Shown: in pieces, positions 30,408 through 39,801 of the stretch
How positions within the stretch are numbered: position 1 is the stretch's first letter
Layout of the letters: each line of letters opens with the position of its first letter
NCBI GenBank assembly: GCA_034439715.1
Contig: JAWXAY010000027.1
Location: 1-64,000, forward strand
Direction: 5' to 3'
Source: Pseudomonadota bacterium
Lineage (GTDB): Bacteria > Bdellovibrionota > Bdellovibrionia > Bdellovibrionales > SG-bin7
Length of the DNA: 64,000 nucleotides
Made by a program: the position numbers and the translations under genes
Notes under the pieces: model-generated
Databases searched by the model: none
What the model was told of the DNA's origin: nothing
Seen by the model: only the letters and a program-made list of their open reading frames with translations

Positions 30408-31979
30408 CTACCGCCTTAAAAATCGATCAGAAGTTACTAATGCTAAAATAAGATCTTTTAAAAATCCCGTTTTATTAAATTCCGTCTGTAGGCCGGCCAA
30501 CATTTCACTGTCTTTAGTTTCAGGCTCACTGCCCATGCCAAAGTGAAAGACTTGGCGCACAAAGCAGCTTTTAAATTGACTGGAGCGAATGAGAATCTCA
30601 GATAACTCAGCTGGACCCGAAAATGCATTTGAGCCAAATACTTGGCCCTTGCCCTCTATAAAACACGTACTTTTTAAGCTGCCATCACTATTATAATCAA
30701 ACTCTCTATATTTACCAGTACGGTCAAAGCGCTCGAGTCCAAAGCCAATGGGGTCCATTTGTAGATGGCAGGCAAAGCAAGTGGACCCTTGCCGACGATG
30801 TGAATCGTAGCGATTGTATTTACAGTCAGGCTGTCCAACAACCAATGGTGGAGGACTGTCAACATTTGTATTTGGGGGCGCTGGCGGTACGATTTTACAA
30901 AGCAGTCGCTCAGTGACAAACTTCCCGCGCAGTGTGGGACTCGTGTCACCAAATTTAGGAACTGCCGACAAAAACGCCGCCGTGCTAAGTATGCCTTGTC
31001 GATTTGGAGGTAAACCTACGAGTGAAGGCGTACCTGTTAGACCTTGAATTTCATAAATATTGCCGAGCGTACTACTAATGGTTGTTTGGCGAGAGGTAAA
31101 CAAATCCTGCCAAGGCTTTTGCTCCGTAACCAAAATGCGTCTTACCAGAGTGTCAGCCTCTTGTTTCATTGCTGCTGACAATATGTCTCCCGCCGGAAGT
31201 TTAGCATAACCTAACCAAAAGCCATGGAGCTTTTGAATTTGTGCGGGCGCTCTGGGCGAGGCCAGCATTGTACTTGCAACTTGCCGAACTTGGCTGGGAG
31301 TAGAAAGCTGCTGGCTTTCTGCTAATTTCAAAAGAGCATCATCAGGACCGCTGCCCCAGATAAAAAATGACAAACGGCTGGCGATATCAAAGTCAGTGAG
31401 GGTGGTTTTCCCTTCGATTCTATATAAAAATTTTGGATGCTGGAGAAAAACGCGAATGAGCATTTCGACACCCGCATCAAAACTTCCTAACTGTGTCACC
31501 TGCTTTAAGCCATATGCTTGCAGCCCTGTAATTTCGTCTTGAGTAAGTGGTCTGCGAAAAAATAGTCGGCCTAATTTTTTTACTATTGATACAATACACG
31601 TCTGATCTGCGCCTGCGAGGCCTGAGCAACCCAGAACACTTTGTTTTTTGGCGGGGTCGCTCATAAATCTTTGGGCTGCGTCGGCAGCAAAGTTGTCCAG
31701 ACCCTGAATAAGCGGGGCTGAGGGATTTTGCTGGCGCACATCATTATCAAAGGGATTAGTTTCTTCAGCTGGCAAGAATGTCTCAGAACGAGATAAATTG
31801 TCGTCTAAAATAAGTGTTAGGGACTTGTTAATTTCATCGTTTGTGAGGCGTCGAAGAGTGGGTTGGCCACTTAGAGAACTAAGTCCCGATTCGCTATTTT
31901 TAGTCGACTTAAACCCATCGCAATTTCCATAGAATACAATAAGAAAAGCTGATAAAAACAACCATCCTATAAATCTCAA
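30408..31979 (-). CDS. DUF1587/1595/1592/1588/1585 multidomain heme-motif lipoprotein (module A)
   Basis: FYGNC signal; LRRLT; ASRLSFFIWGSGPD; TSPTLRG..V..RLLC; CFACHLQMDPIGFGLE. Confidence 0.9.
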   Translation of the reverse strand: MRFIGWLFLSAFLIVFYGNCDGFKSTKNSESGLSSLSGQPTLRRLTNDEINKSLTLILDDNLSRSETFLPAEETNPFDNDVRQQNPSAPLIQGLDNFAADAAQRFMSDPAKKQSVLGCSGLAGADQTCIVSIVKKLGRLFFRRPLTQDEITGLQAYGLKQVTQLGSFDAGVEMLIRVFLQHPKFLYRIEGKTTLTDFDIASRLSFFIWGSGPDDALLKLAESQQLSTPSQVRQVASTMLASPRAPAQIQKLHGFWLGYAKLPAGDILSAAMKQEADTLVRRILVTEQKPWQDLFTSRQTTISSTLGNIYEIQGLTGTPSLVGLPPNRQGILSTAAFLSAVPKFGDTSPTLRGKFVTERLLCKIVPPAPPNTNVDSPPPLVVGQPDCKYNRYDSHRRQGSTCFACHLQMDPIGFGLERFDRTGKYREFDYNSDGSLKSTCFIEGKGQVFGSNAFSGPAELSEILIRSSQFKSCFVRQVFHFGMGSEPETKDSEMLAGLQTEFNKTGFLKDLILALVTSDRFLRR

Positions 31980-31996
31980 GTATCCCCCTTAGCACT

Positions 31997-32042
31997 AGTT
32001 TATCGGAAATTTCCTAAAAATTATCTACGTATTATTGAGCCG
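31997..32042 (-). promoter_or_regulatory. Degenerate island box plus -10 hexamer, with overlapping FliA-like -10 (module A promoter)
   Basis: CGGCTCAATAATACGTA (13/17 match; 32042-32026), then 23 bp, then TAAACT; TCCGATAA at 32007-32000. Confidence 0.55.
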
Positions 32043-33231
32043 GCAGCCAAAGGCTGTAAACCCAAATAGGATCTCCAATAGAGTCTAGCGTTTCAATCAT
32101 TGCGAGCTGACCAGTTGCTTGATCGATCTTAAACGAAGTTAATTTTTTGGTCCGCATACCTGCCACATAAATATATCGACCCGAGGGATCAATCTCGAAC
32201 TCTCGCGGCACACCTTCAACTTTTTGCTGTCCCCTACTCGTTAAAAACCCACTTATGGGATCAATAGCAAAAATAGCTAGACTATTATCACCTCGATTTG
32301 AGGCATACAAATATTTTGCATCCGGCGTAATATGAATGTCAGCACAAAAATTGGAATTGCCGTTAACTCCTGCCGGGAGAGTTGAAAGTGAATTTTGGAA
32401 ACTCAGCTGACCATTGGTCGGATCCTCAGAATAAACGGTCACGCTGTCTCCCAATTCGTCAACTACGTAAAGTAAATTCTTGGTGGGATGATGTACGACA
32501 TGTCGGGGACCAGAACCAATTGGCGCCTGAATTTTTGCCGGAGAATTAGGGGTCAATAAACCAGTCAATGAATTAAGTAAAAACTGCGAGATCGTATTTG
32601 CCACAGTGTTGGTGACATACACAAACTTACTATTTTGAGTGCTTATGGCAGCGTGCGAATTAGTGTCTGTATTTTGTGTGTCTGTTGGTGTTTCGCTGAG
32701 GCTGCCATCGGGCCGAATTGGCAGAACAACAACTTTGCTGTCGGAGTAAGAAGGTATCAACAGATTTTTTTGAAGGGAATCGACATGAATATAAACAGGA
32801 TTGATGCCGATTGCCACCTCTTGCGAAAACGTCAGGCTTCCGTTGGCCTGATCAATGAGAAATGCCGCGACCGACCGTCTGGCACTCAAACCCGCATAGA
32901 GATATTTTCGATTGGGATGAATGCCGAGCGGTACAATTTCACCCGCGATGGAGGCTGCACTTGTCTGTGTAAGTTTCCCACTTTGGGGGTCAATAACAAA
33001 AGTAACTAGGTTGTCGACATCTTTATCGATAAGGGCCATAAACAAAAAAAACTTACCCTGACCTTTAGGCGGCAGCCCTGCGGGTATTGGATCGGGAGGC
33101 GCTGAACTTTCCAAAGGCAATTCAAAGCTGGCTTGATCTACCGTTGCCGTAAATTTATTGCAGTTGGTATAACTTAACACGAGCAATGTGAAAATCAGAA
33201 TGAAATTAAACGGGCGACTTACTGCTGCCAT
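32032..33231 (-). CDS. Exported lactonase (Pgl/cycloisomerase-2 family 7-bladed propeller)
   Basis: GSGPRH, ADIHITPD..YLYASNRG and PREF motifs; N-terminal SYTNC signal. Confidence 0.88.
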   Translation of the reverse strand: MAAVSRPFNFILIFTLLVLSYTNCNKFTATVDQASFELPLESSAPPDPIPAGLPPKGQGKFFLFMALIDKDVDNLVTFVIDPQSGKLTQTSAASIAGEIVPLGIHPNRKYLYAGLSARRSVAAFLIDQANGSLTFSQEVAIGINPVYIHVDSLQKNLLIPSYSDSKVVVLPIRPDGSLSETPTDTQNTDTNSHAAISTQNSKFVYVTNTVANTISQFLLNSLTGLLTPNSPAKIQAPIGSGPRHVVHHPTKNLLYVVDELGDSVTVYSEDPTNGQLSFQNSLSTLPAGVNGNSNFCADIHITPDAKYLYASNRGDNSLAIFAIDPISGFLTSRGQQKVEGVPREFEIDPSGRYIYVAGMRTKKLTSFKIDQATGQLAMIETLDSIGDPIWVYSLWLPAQ

Positions 33232-35330
33232 GCACTCACCATGCTAAATGGTGGCTGTGGCTTTGAAGTTGTCGTGCCATCGCCGAGTTGTCCCGCGCTA
33301 TTATTTCCCCAGCAATATGCTTGCCCCTGAACTACGGCACAGTTGTGATGCGTTTCATCGACGCTGCCACCTGCAAAGTAAGATACGTCCCCCGGGGGCA
33401 GTCCAACTACTTTTAGTGGTGTTGGCTTGGCGGTATTAAAATTAGCGCCGGGTGCGCCTTGACGATTGTCGATATCATTTCTTCCCCAGCAATACAGGTC
33501 ACCACCTGAGATGGCACAATACCCGCCTGCGATCGCACCCAACATGGTGACACCAGAAAGCCCGATAACTTCAAGAGCTGTATTGGACGAATTCGCAATG
33601 TTGGCAGGACCCTGCCCCAGGGCTCCCCAATTATATCCCCAGCACTTTACCGTAGCATTCGGCATTAATGTGCACATACCGGATGAAATTGCTGAAAGCT
33701 GTAGAACGTTTGAACCTGCAGGAAATGAAGTGGTTGGAATAGGCCGAGGGTTACAGCGAAGGGCTCTCGTGTTCACGGTAACAGGTCCGCAGTCCGAGTA
33801 GAAGCCGTATGAAACATTGGGGTTGGATACCGTAGGTAAAACCATTCCTTCGGTAACATATGGAAGACACACCTTATAACTAGCAGCGGGTGGATTAGCT
33901 TCTAACAGACGGGAACCTTGATCGCAGACGTTGAAATTGCCAAATCGAGAATCATTTAATCCCCAACACTTAACTCCGCCGTCCTTGACGCCACAAGTGT
34001 AGCCCAACCCTGTGGCTATTGAGGTCACCCCTACCGCCATGTCCAAAACAGGTCGGGCATCTGGGTAATCAAGTTCACCAACGTCATGTAGTAATCCTGG
34101 GGCCTCCGCAAAACCAAGTTGTCCATACCTATTGGCTCCCCAACAGAAAGCGGCACCGCCAGCAACAGCGCAGGAGTGGTTCACGCCCGCATAAATTTTG
34201 CTGACGTTACTAAGTAAATTGCCAGCTGTATCTCTCACTAAAACCGGTGTTTCAACATCGGCACCGCCATTATTACTGCCCGCTTGAAAATTTGAATTCC
34301 AACCCCAACACTTAACATTTCCGTTTTGTATGGCACAGACATGTTCCTTGCCGACAGATAGTGAAGTCACGCCCGAATTTAATCCGGGAACTCTGAGTGG
34401 CACCGAGCTTGAAACCACAGATGTAGGTTGGCCCAACTGCCGATTTTGATTACTTCCAAAACACTGCACGCCGCCTCTAACAATTGCGCACGTAAAATTT
34501 ATCCCCACGCCTACGGCAGTCACAAAAGGAGTGGGCGGTAGAACGGGTTCTACGCTCATGCGCCGACAGGTAGTTGCGACGGCATAATCTGTATTATTAA
34601 TTGAGGTGACAAGGGTGCCGTTAAACACGATATTGTCGGCAGAATTATCGTCAACTCTAAAGTCAAATTTATACTCTGTAGAATAAAATCTGGTTTGGCT
34701 TCCTAAAGTAGACTTAATTACAGCAAAATCAGAAGTCCTTTGTGCGGTGACGGCTCCATTGACGAATGTGCCTAAATAAATCCTGCCCTTTTCTGTCCTT
34801 TGACTTGAGTTTAATCGAATGACAGCGTCAATTCCCACATTATTGTCCTTAAATTGACAAAAAGCCTCAGTGGCGTTTTCGATCGGGGCATTTTCGATCG
34901 GGGCATTAACATCTTCCACCTTCTCGAATACAGAATTTCGATAAACTAAAAAATCTTCGTCAAATGAAGAAATTTGCACTCCTGAAGTGGCCAGTGGCGA
35001 GGTAAATGTTGTAACGGTACAGTTGTCTTTAGTAATCGCCAAGTCGGTACTGTTGACGGTCATTACCGCTTGGGCCGATTTTACGTTTGAGCAAAGATAG
35101 TCAGGATATGTTCTAATATAATCACCCAGCTTAGGTTTACCATCAAAACCATCTCCGCCACCTTGTGCGGCCGTAACCTCAATCGATTTTTCACCAACTG
35201 AACTGAACTTCACCGATTCTGAATTTGAACAGCTTTGGTAATTCATCGAAGATAGGAATAAAAAAAGAAAGGTCAATCTTCCAAACAGTCGAAATCTTTT
35301 TTTTGAGTGGCCTTCGCTGTTCAAAATCAA
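33219..35330 (-). CDS. RCC1-repeat surface protein
   Basis: Repeated H.CA....V.CWG.N..GQLG; NYQSC signal; GGGDGFDGK. Confidence 0.88.
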   Translation of the reverse strand: MILNSEGHSKKRFRLFGRLTFLFLFLSSMNYQSCSNSESVKFSSVGEKSIEVTAAQGGGDGFDGKPKLGDYIRTYPDYLCSNVKSAQAVMTVNSTDLAITKDNCTVTTFTSPLATSGVQISSFDEDFLVYRNSVFEKVEDVNAPIENAPIENATEAFCQFKDNNVGIDAVIRLNSSQRTEKGRIYLGTFVNGAVTAQRTSDFAVIKSTLGSQTRFYSTEYKFDFRVDDNSADNIVFNGTLVTSINNTDYAVATTCRRMSVEPVLPPTPFVTAVGVGINFTCAIVRGGVQCFGSNQNRQLGQPTSVVSSSVPLRVPGLNSGVTSLSVGKEHVCAIQNGNVKCWGWNSNFQAGSNNGGADVETPVLVRDTAGNLLSNVSKIYAGVNHSCAVAGGAAFCWGANRYGQLGFAEAPGLLHDVGELDYPDARPVLDMAVGVTSIATGLGYTCGVKDGGVKCWGLNDSRFGNFNVCDQGSRLLEANPPAASYKVCLPYVTEGMVLPTVSNPNVSYGFYSDCGPVTVNTRALRCNPRPIPTTSFPAGSNVLQLSAISSGMCTLMPNATVKCWGYNWGALGQGPANIANSSNTALEVIGLSGVTMLGAIAGGYCAISGGDLYCWGRNDIDNRQGAPGANFNTAKPTPLKVVGLPPGDVSYFAGGSVDETHHNCAVVQGQAYCWGNNSAGQLGDGTTTSKPQPPFSMVSAWQQ
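34876..34905. repeat. Perfect 15-bp tandem duplication inside the RCC1 gene (NAPIE x2)
   Basis: TTTTCGATCGGGGCA repeated twice, in frame. Confidence 0.9.
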
Positions 35331-35373
35331 CCCCCGCGAGGTACATACTTTAGTCTAGATACTTACTTTAGTC

Positions 35374-35401
35374 CTATCGGACAGAACCAGTATAAATTTG
35401 A
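35374..35401 (-). promoter_or_regulatory. FliA-like promoter for RCC1-lactonase
   Basis: TCAA-N16-TCCGATAG. Confidence 0.5.
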
Positions 35402-35446
35402 GGCGTATTTTATTTATTAATACCCTCTCATTTTGAGCCATTCAGG

Positions 35447-35497
35447 AAAAAAAAGCCGCAACTCTTGGGTGGGTGGGGAGAGAGTTGCGGCCTGTAT
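35447..35497 (-). ncRNA. Candidate small RNA or leader hairpin with CCCCACCCACCC loop, copy 2
   Basis: Perfect 11-bp stem GCCGCAACUCU/AGAGUUGCGGC followed by U8, downstream of box + TAATAT. Confidence 0.6.
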
Positions 35498-35503
35498 TTA
35501 TTA

Positions 35504-35563
35504 ATATTACCGCGCTCATTTCGATAAATACATTAGTATTAATGAGCCAATAAATTTAGCTCA
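35504..35563 (-). promoter_or_regulatory. Island box plus -10 hexamer, with inverted half-site
   Basis: TGGCTCATTAATACTAA (35549-35533), then 23 bp, then TAATAT; plus strand TGAGCCA-N7-TAGCTCA. Confidence 0.7.
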
Positions 35564-35579
35564 TTTCAAGCTTTTAACT

Positions 35580-37100
35580 TTAAGATTTAGCCGCGGCATT
35601 TTTGATTAAGTACCTTGTGGTATTCCCCTTGCCACTCAAAATGAGACGTTTTAATTCTACCGCCTCATGCAAAAGCCGTTTAGCTTGTGCGCGAGAATAT
35701 CCGGTGAGCATCACGACATCCTTGCAGGTAAAGGGATTACCCTTAAACTCACTTTTCAATTGCTCAAAAAAACCTTCTATGGCGTCCTTGAGGTGAGAAA
35801 ATGGCTTAACATTAATGGCATAGGGTTTTAGTGTTTCCAGCTGAAACTCTCCTCGTGCCGTACTCGCAACTTCGAGTGGTATTTGGTTTTTCTTAAACCA
35901 GCTTCTGAGTCGCGCAATAAGATCGTAAACCTTGTGCGGCGACGAAAGTAAATTGTAGTTTTCATCGGGAAATAATAACCCGAACAATGTCTGAACTTTA
36001 AAGGGGCGATAGAAGTCAGAAGTCAAAATCTGTAAAAGTTTATGTACTAACTGACCAAATTTCAATTTAGACCCCGATTTTTTATCTAATCCCAAACTTA
36101 CTTCTAACAAGTACTTTTCGTGACTAGGCTTTGCATTAGGATGCCAAATGTAATTTTCTGGAAGGCTAATCTTTTCTTTAAATATACGTAGTATTCGTTG
36201 TCGAAATTTTTCGTGGGGAGTACCAAAGTAAAGACTAACTACCATTTCTTCGTTTTTAGTCAAGGTAGCTTCGTAAAGATCACAGTCACGCAAGACTTCC
36301 CATAATTTCTTTTGAAGAGCATCGTTCCGAACCTGCTTTAAAAGTTTTTTTCCTTCATCGACAGATTTCGGTGATAGCATCTTGACAATGGCGGTCCATT
36401 GAGAGTTGTAGATCCCATAACGATAGTGAGCGTTTTGTAAAAATTTTTTGGCGCGCTCTATATGCTCTTCAGCCTCAGCAGCTCGGCGACGGTTAATCGA
36501 TAGTTCGGCATAGATCTGGTGAGTATAACCCACTAAGAGTTTTTGCTCATTCTTATCAGCCGTGCTTAAGATTTTATTTAGAGTTAATTCAGCCTTTTCA
36601 AATTCAAGTTCGATAGTGTAGGCCGAAGCCAAATTAGTCATGGCAACTAATTTTTGATAACTATTTACATCACTATGCCTTAGGTATTTTTCTAATAGGG
36701 GAATAGCCGTATAATAATCCCAAGTGTTAAACAGACAAAACGCCTGAAACAATAATGCATCGGGATTTTTCTTTTGATCCACCGAGATGAGAATCTTGTA
36801 GGCCTCACCGACGACACCAAGACGCATTAGGTTTACAGCATACTCTACCTGCTCCTCTTGGCTGGCCGGAGGCACGACAGGCTTTTGCGGCCGCACGTAA
36901 GGGCCCAGTAATCTAATGGCATATCGTTGGTAGCCTATACGTCGAGCAAGATTTGCCACTCTAACAATCAAAGGACGGTCTAACTTTTTATAGCGAATTT
37001 CTTCGAGTTTTCTTTTGACGGGATCAAGCTTACCTGCACGCAAGTCAGCATCAAGCTGTTCTATTGTTTTCAGATCAAATTTGCTTTTTGAACTACTCAT
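35580..37100 (-). CDS. TPR-repeat protein with C-terminal winged-HTH-like regions; putative transcription regulator
   Basis: Helical TPR-like N-terminal half; OmpR/SARP-like LF..LFP...LIARLRSW; terminal SRAQAKRLL..AV....L...GKG..TRY. Confidence 0.7.
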   Translation of the reverse strand: MSSSKSKFDLKTIEQLDADLRAGKLDPVKRKLEEIRYKKLDRPLIVRVANLARRIGYQRYAIRLLGPYVRPQKPVVPPASQEEQVEYAVNLMRLGVVGEAYKILISVDQKKNPDALLFQAFCLFNTWDYYTAIPLLEKYLRHSDVNSYQKLVAMTNLASAYTIELEFEKAELTLNKILSTADKNEQKLLVGYTHQIYAELSINRRRAAEAEEHIERAKKFLQNAHYRYGIYNSQWTAIVKMLSPKSVDEGKKLLKQVRNDALQKKLWEVLRDCDLYEATLTKNEEMVVSLYFGTPHEKFRQRILRIFKEKISLPENYIWHPNAKPSHEKYLLEVSLGLDKKSGSKLKFGQLVHKLLQILTSDFYRPFKVQTLFGLLFPDENYNLLSSPHKVYDLIARLRSWFKKNQIPLEVASTARGEFQLETLKPYAINVKPFSHLKDAIEGFFEQLKSEFKGNPFTCKDVVMLTGYSRAQAKRLLHEAVELKRLILSGKGNTTRYLIKNAAAKS

Positions 37101-37127
37101 AATATTTTTAACAGACGGACTTATCTA

Positions 37128-39788
37128 TTAGTCACCGCAACTTGTAGCGTAAAGAAAGTTTCCGGGACCCACATAAATAGTATGTAAGGCTCCTGTTACA
37201 GTTCGAATAGACTGTGGATTCCAACTTAAGGCAAAGTTTCCAGCATTTGCTGCGACAGGAGCCGATTCATTTCCTACACCGTTGTAGCGAAGAATGGTCG
37301 GCGTATCAAACGCCGTTGCTGCAGCATTTGTTTTTGCCACCATCAAATGAGCCTGCGCGGGCGCACCTGCTCCTCGGGGCCAAACCACAAAGGGAACCCC
37401 TTCAACTGTGAAGGTCAGTCCCACATTTAGCAGGCCCGCGTTGGCGGCTGCGCCGGTGTCAGTAAGACCGCTCACTCCCGTAATTCCGTCTACTATTCCT
37501 GTGCCAATATCCGCCCAGTTTATCGAACTATTGCAAGAAGCCAGAGCGGCTGTACAATATTTGTAACGAACTAAGTTTACGGCACGATTAAAAAATGAAA
37601 CTGCAGGGCGGCTAGTAACAGGATTGAGTTTTACTTTCAAGCCCTCAGCTGCGCCCGAATAAATTTGCCCAGCTGTTCCCCAAGTTTGCCCACCATTTAT
37701 AGAATAATTTGTTCGCACACATCGAGCTGCAGTTGGAGTACAAGACGCACCCGCACCAGTTCCCGTATCATGAACGGCCACGACAATATTTCCAGAGGTG
37801 TCAAAATCAGACGTCAACCATGCGCCGCCAGGAGTGGCTGCTCCCGTTAAAGCAATAATCTCCTGTTGATAATCCCATTGAAGCGTTGCCAAATTAAATC
37901 TAGCAGCACTCACACCTTTTGTTGCGGCCGGATTTCTTAGAATGATCAAAACTGGTTTTGCTACACCTGCGCTATAGTACATTGCAACAGAAGTCTGATT
38001 CATCACGGGCAAAGTATTTGCAGCTGCATCTGTTATTGGGTAGGCAAATACACTCCAATATCCCAAACCATCGCTTCTAGGATTCATCGCCAAATAATAT
38101 CGTAAACCACCCACTGCTGTTTCAAACCACCCCACCCAAGGACGATCCAAATGATCAAATGCAATACTTGGTGACTGTGGTGCGGAGTTTGTTGGAATCG
38201 TAGAGGTGATCCACTGATCCGTCACAGTTGCCCCGTCACGATAGATATATTTTAGTAGTGCGCCAGTGACTGGCTCAGCCGAGATTCCCACTGAGAAATC
38301 AATGTAGGCTGCCGCCGGACGACCTGTACTTGTAGCCGCCACTCCTACACTAGGAACTTGTGTCGTATTTCTTTGAATCTGGCCCGTGTTATCAATAGGA
38401 GTATTTGCCCAAAACATTCCTGTTGCAGCGGCACTCGACCCGAGGGTTGTAGCACTACAGGTGCCGTTCATACATTCATTATATGCGAGCACAATATTTC
38501 CAAAAGTTTGCGTCGGAGTGACTAGGAGCGTGCGACCATAAGTAATCAACATTTGATCACCGGTTGTATCAACTGCGATTCCTCCACGAGTTAGACCGGC
38601 TGCACCCAAACCTGCTGCACCTGCTGTTTCAACATGCGGTGCCACTGATGCCGTCCAAGCAGCTGTATCGAATGTAGCTGTCGGCTGATTAAAATATTTT
38701 ACCATGGTCAGGGCGTCATTCGCTACTACGTGAAAATTCCCTTGTCCAAATCCAAGATTAAACCACGCATTTCCAATGGTGGCTGTTGCGACAACATGAT
38801 TCGCACCTGGGTCAGCAGCAGTGACAGCAACGTTGGTACCGCAAGTGGGATAAGTATAGGGCCTTAATCCGGCGGCGTGCTTGACCACCATGTACGCGGT
38901 GGAATCTAGGGTAGAGCTATCAACATAAAGTTGCGAGCCCACCAAATTGGCGCCCGAACCAGTCAAAGTTATATCAGTGGTCCAGTTGGCTCCGTTGGTA
39001 CAGTTCGACAAAGTGGTATCACGACACGAGGTTAGTATGGCATTGGCTGCGTCGGAGTATGATACCATCGGAAAATACCCCGTTGCGTGCCTGCACCAAC
39101 CCACTCCCATTTGATTCATTGCGGTTCCAGCTGTAGCATCCAGATCGCTCGTCATGGCGGTATAACTTGTGAATACATCGCAATTCGAAGTACATATTGC
39201 CGCTTTAATGTTGGCGCTGGTTGTGTTCACAGCAAAAGAAACTAAAACCTGATTGCTGGGATTAACTGAAGCATCAACAGCTCGAATCGCCGTACTTGTG
39301 GAGTCAATCACTGCCGCTGTCCACACACCAACGGTTGAGATGCTAGCTGTGCTACGAGTTGCCATATATAAAGAAGTTGCTCCGTTACCCCAAAATACCA
39401 ATGGTTTTCCGGTTGTTAAAAAAACCAATCGCACAAACGTCGTAGTCAAACCACCAAGAATGGTTTCGGTTTTATAGCTAGTGCCATCCCAAAATTGATA
39501 CTTAAGAGTATTCACGCCTGCTGTGGTGTTAGTTTCACCAAATACGTAAGCTGGATAGTTGTTAGCAGGATTTATTGCGATATCATTAAAGGCTCCGCGT
39601 ACATTTAGTGCCGCACCGGCAGTTCGTCGCTGACCGTAATCGATGACTTGATCAACTGGTGCTGTACATTGATTGGCGGTAACCGTGGCTGAAGCGCCAC
39701 CTGAGGCCGGAAGACCACCTGCACTTGGATCGTTCGAACACGCCGCCAAACCCAACATTGCAAAGGTAAGGATTAAAAAATTTCTCAT
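37128..39788 (-). CDS. Large Ala/Thr-rich lipoprotein, probable tandem beta-propellers
   Basis: LAAC lipobox; recurring (G/S)RP.(V/A).(Y/F/W)...L.Y blades; Cys pairs. Start re-called to ATG 39788. Confidence 0.8.
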   Translation of the reverse strand: MRNFLILTFAMLGLAACSNDPSAGGLPASGGASATVTANQCTAPVDQVIDYGQRRTAGAALNVRGAFNDIAINPANNYPAYVFGETNTTAGVNTLKYQFWDGTSYKTETILGGLTTTFVRLVFLTTGKPLVFWGNGATSLYMATRSTASISTVGVWTAAVIDSTSTAIRAVDASVNPSNQVLVSFAVNTTSANIKAAICTSNCDVFTSYTAMTSDLDATAGTAMNQMGVGWCRHATGYFPMVSYSDAANAILTSCRDTTLSNCTNGANWTTDITLTGSGANLVGSQLYVDSSTLDSTAYMVVKHAAGLRPYTYPTCGTNVAVTAADPGANHVVATATIGNAWFNLGFGQGNFHVVANDALTMVKYFNQPTATFDTAAWTASVAPHVETAGAAGLGAAGLTRGGIAVDTTGDQMLITYGRTLLVTPTQTFGNIVLAYNECMNGTCSATTLGSSAAATGMFWANTPIDNTGQIQRNTTQVPSVGVAATSTGRPAAAYIDFSVGISAEPVTGALLKYIYRDGATVTDQWITSTIPTNSAPQSPSIAFDHLDRPWVGWFETAVGGLRYYLAMNPRSDGLGYWSVFAYPITDAAANTLPVMNQTSVAMYYSAGVAKPVLIILRNPAATKGVSAARFNLATLQWDYQQEIIALTGAATPGGAWLTSDFDTSGNIVVAVHDTGTGAGASCTPTAARCVRTNYSINGGQTWGTAGQIYSGAAEGLKVKLNPVTSRPAVSFFNRAVNLVRYKYCTAALASCNSSINWADIGTGIVDGITGVSGLTDTGAAANAGLLNVGLTFTVEGVPFVVWPRGAGAPAQAHLMVAKTNAAATAFDTPTILRYNGVGNESAPVAANAGNFALSWNPQSIRTVTGALHTIYVGPGNFLYATSCGD

Positions 39789-39801
39789 GCTACCACCCTT
39801 T

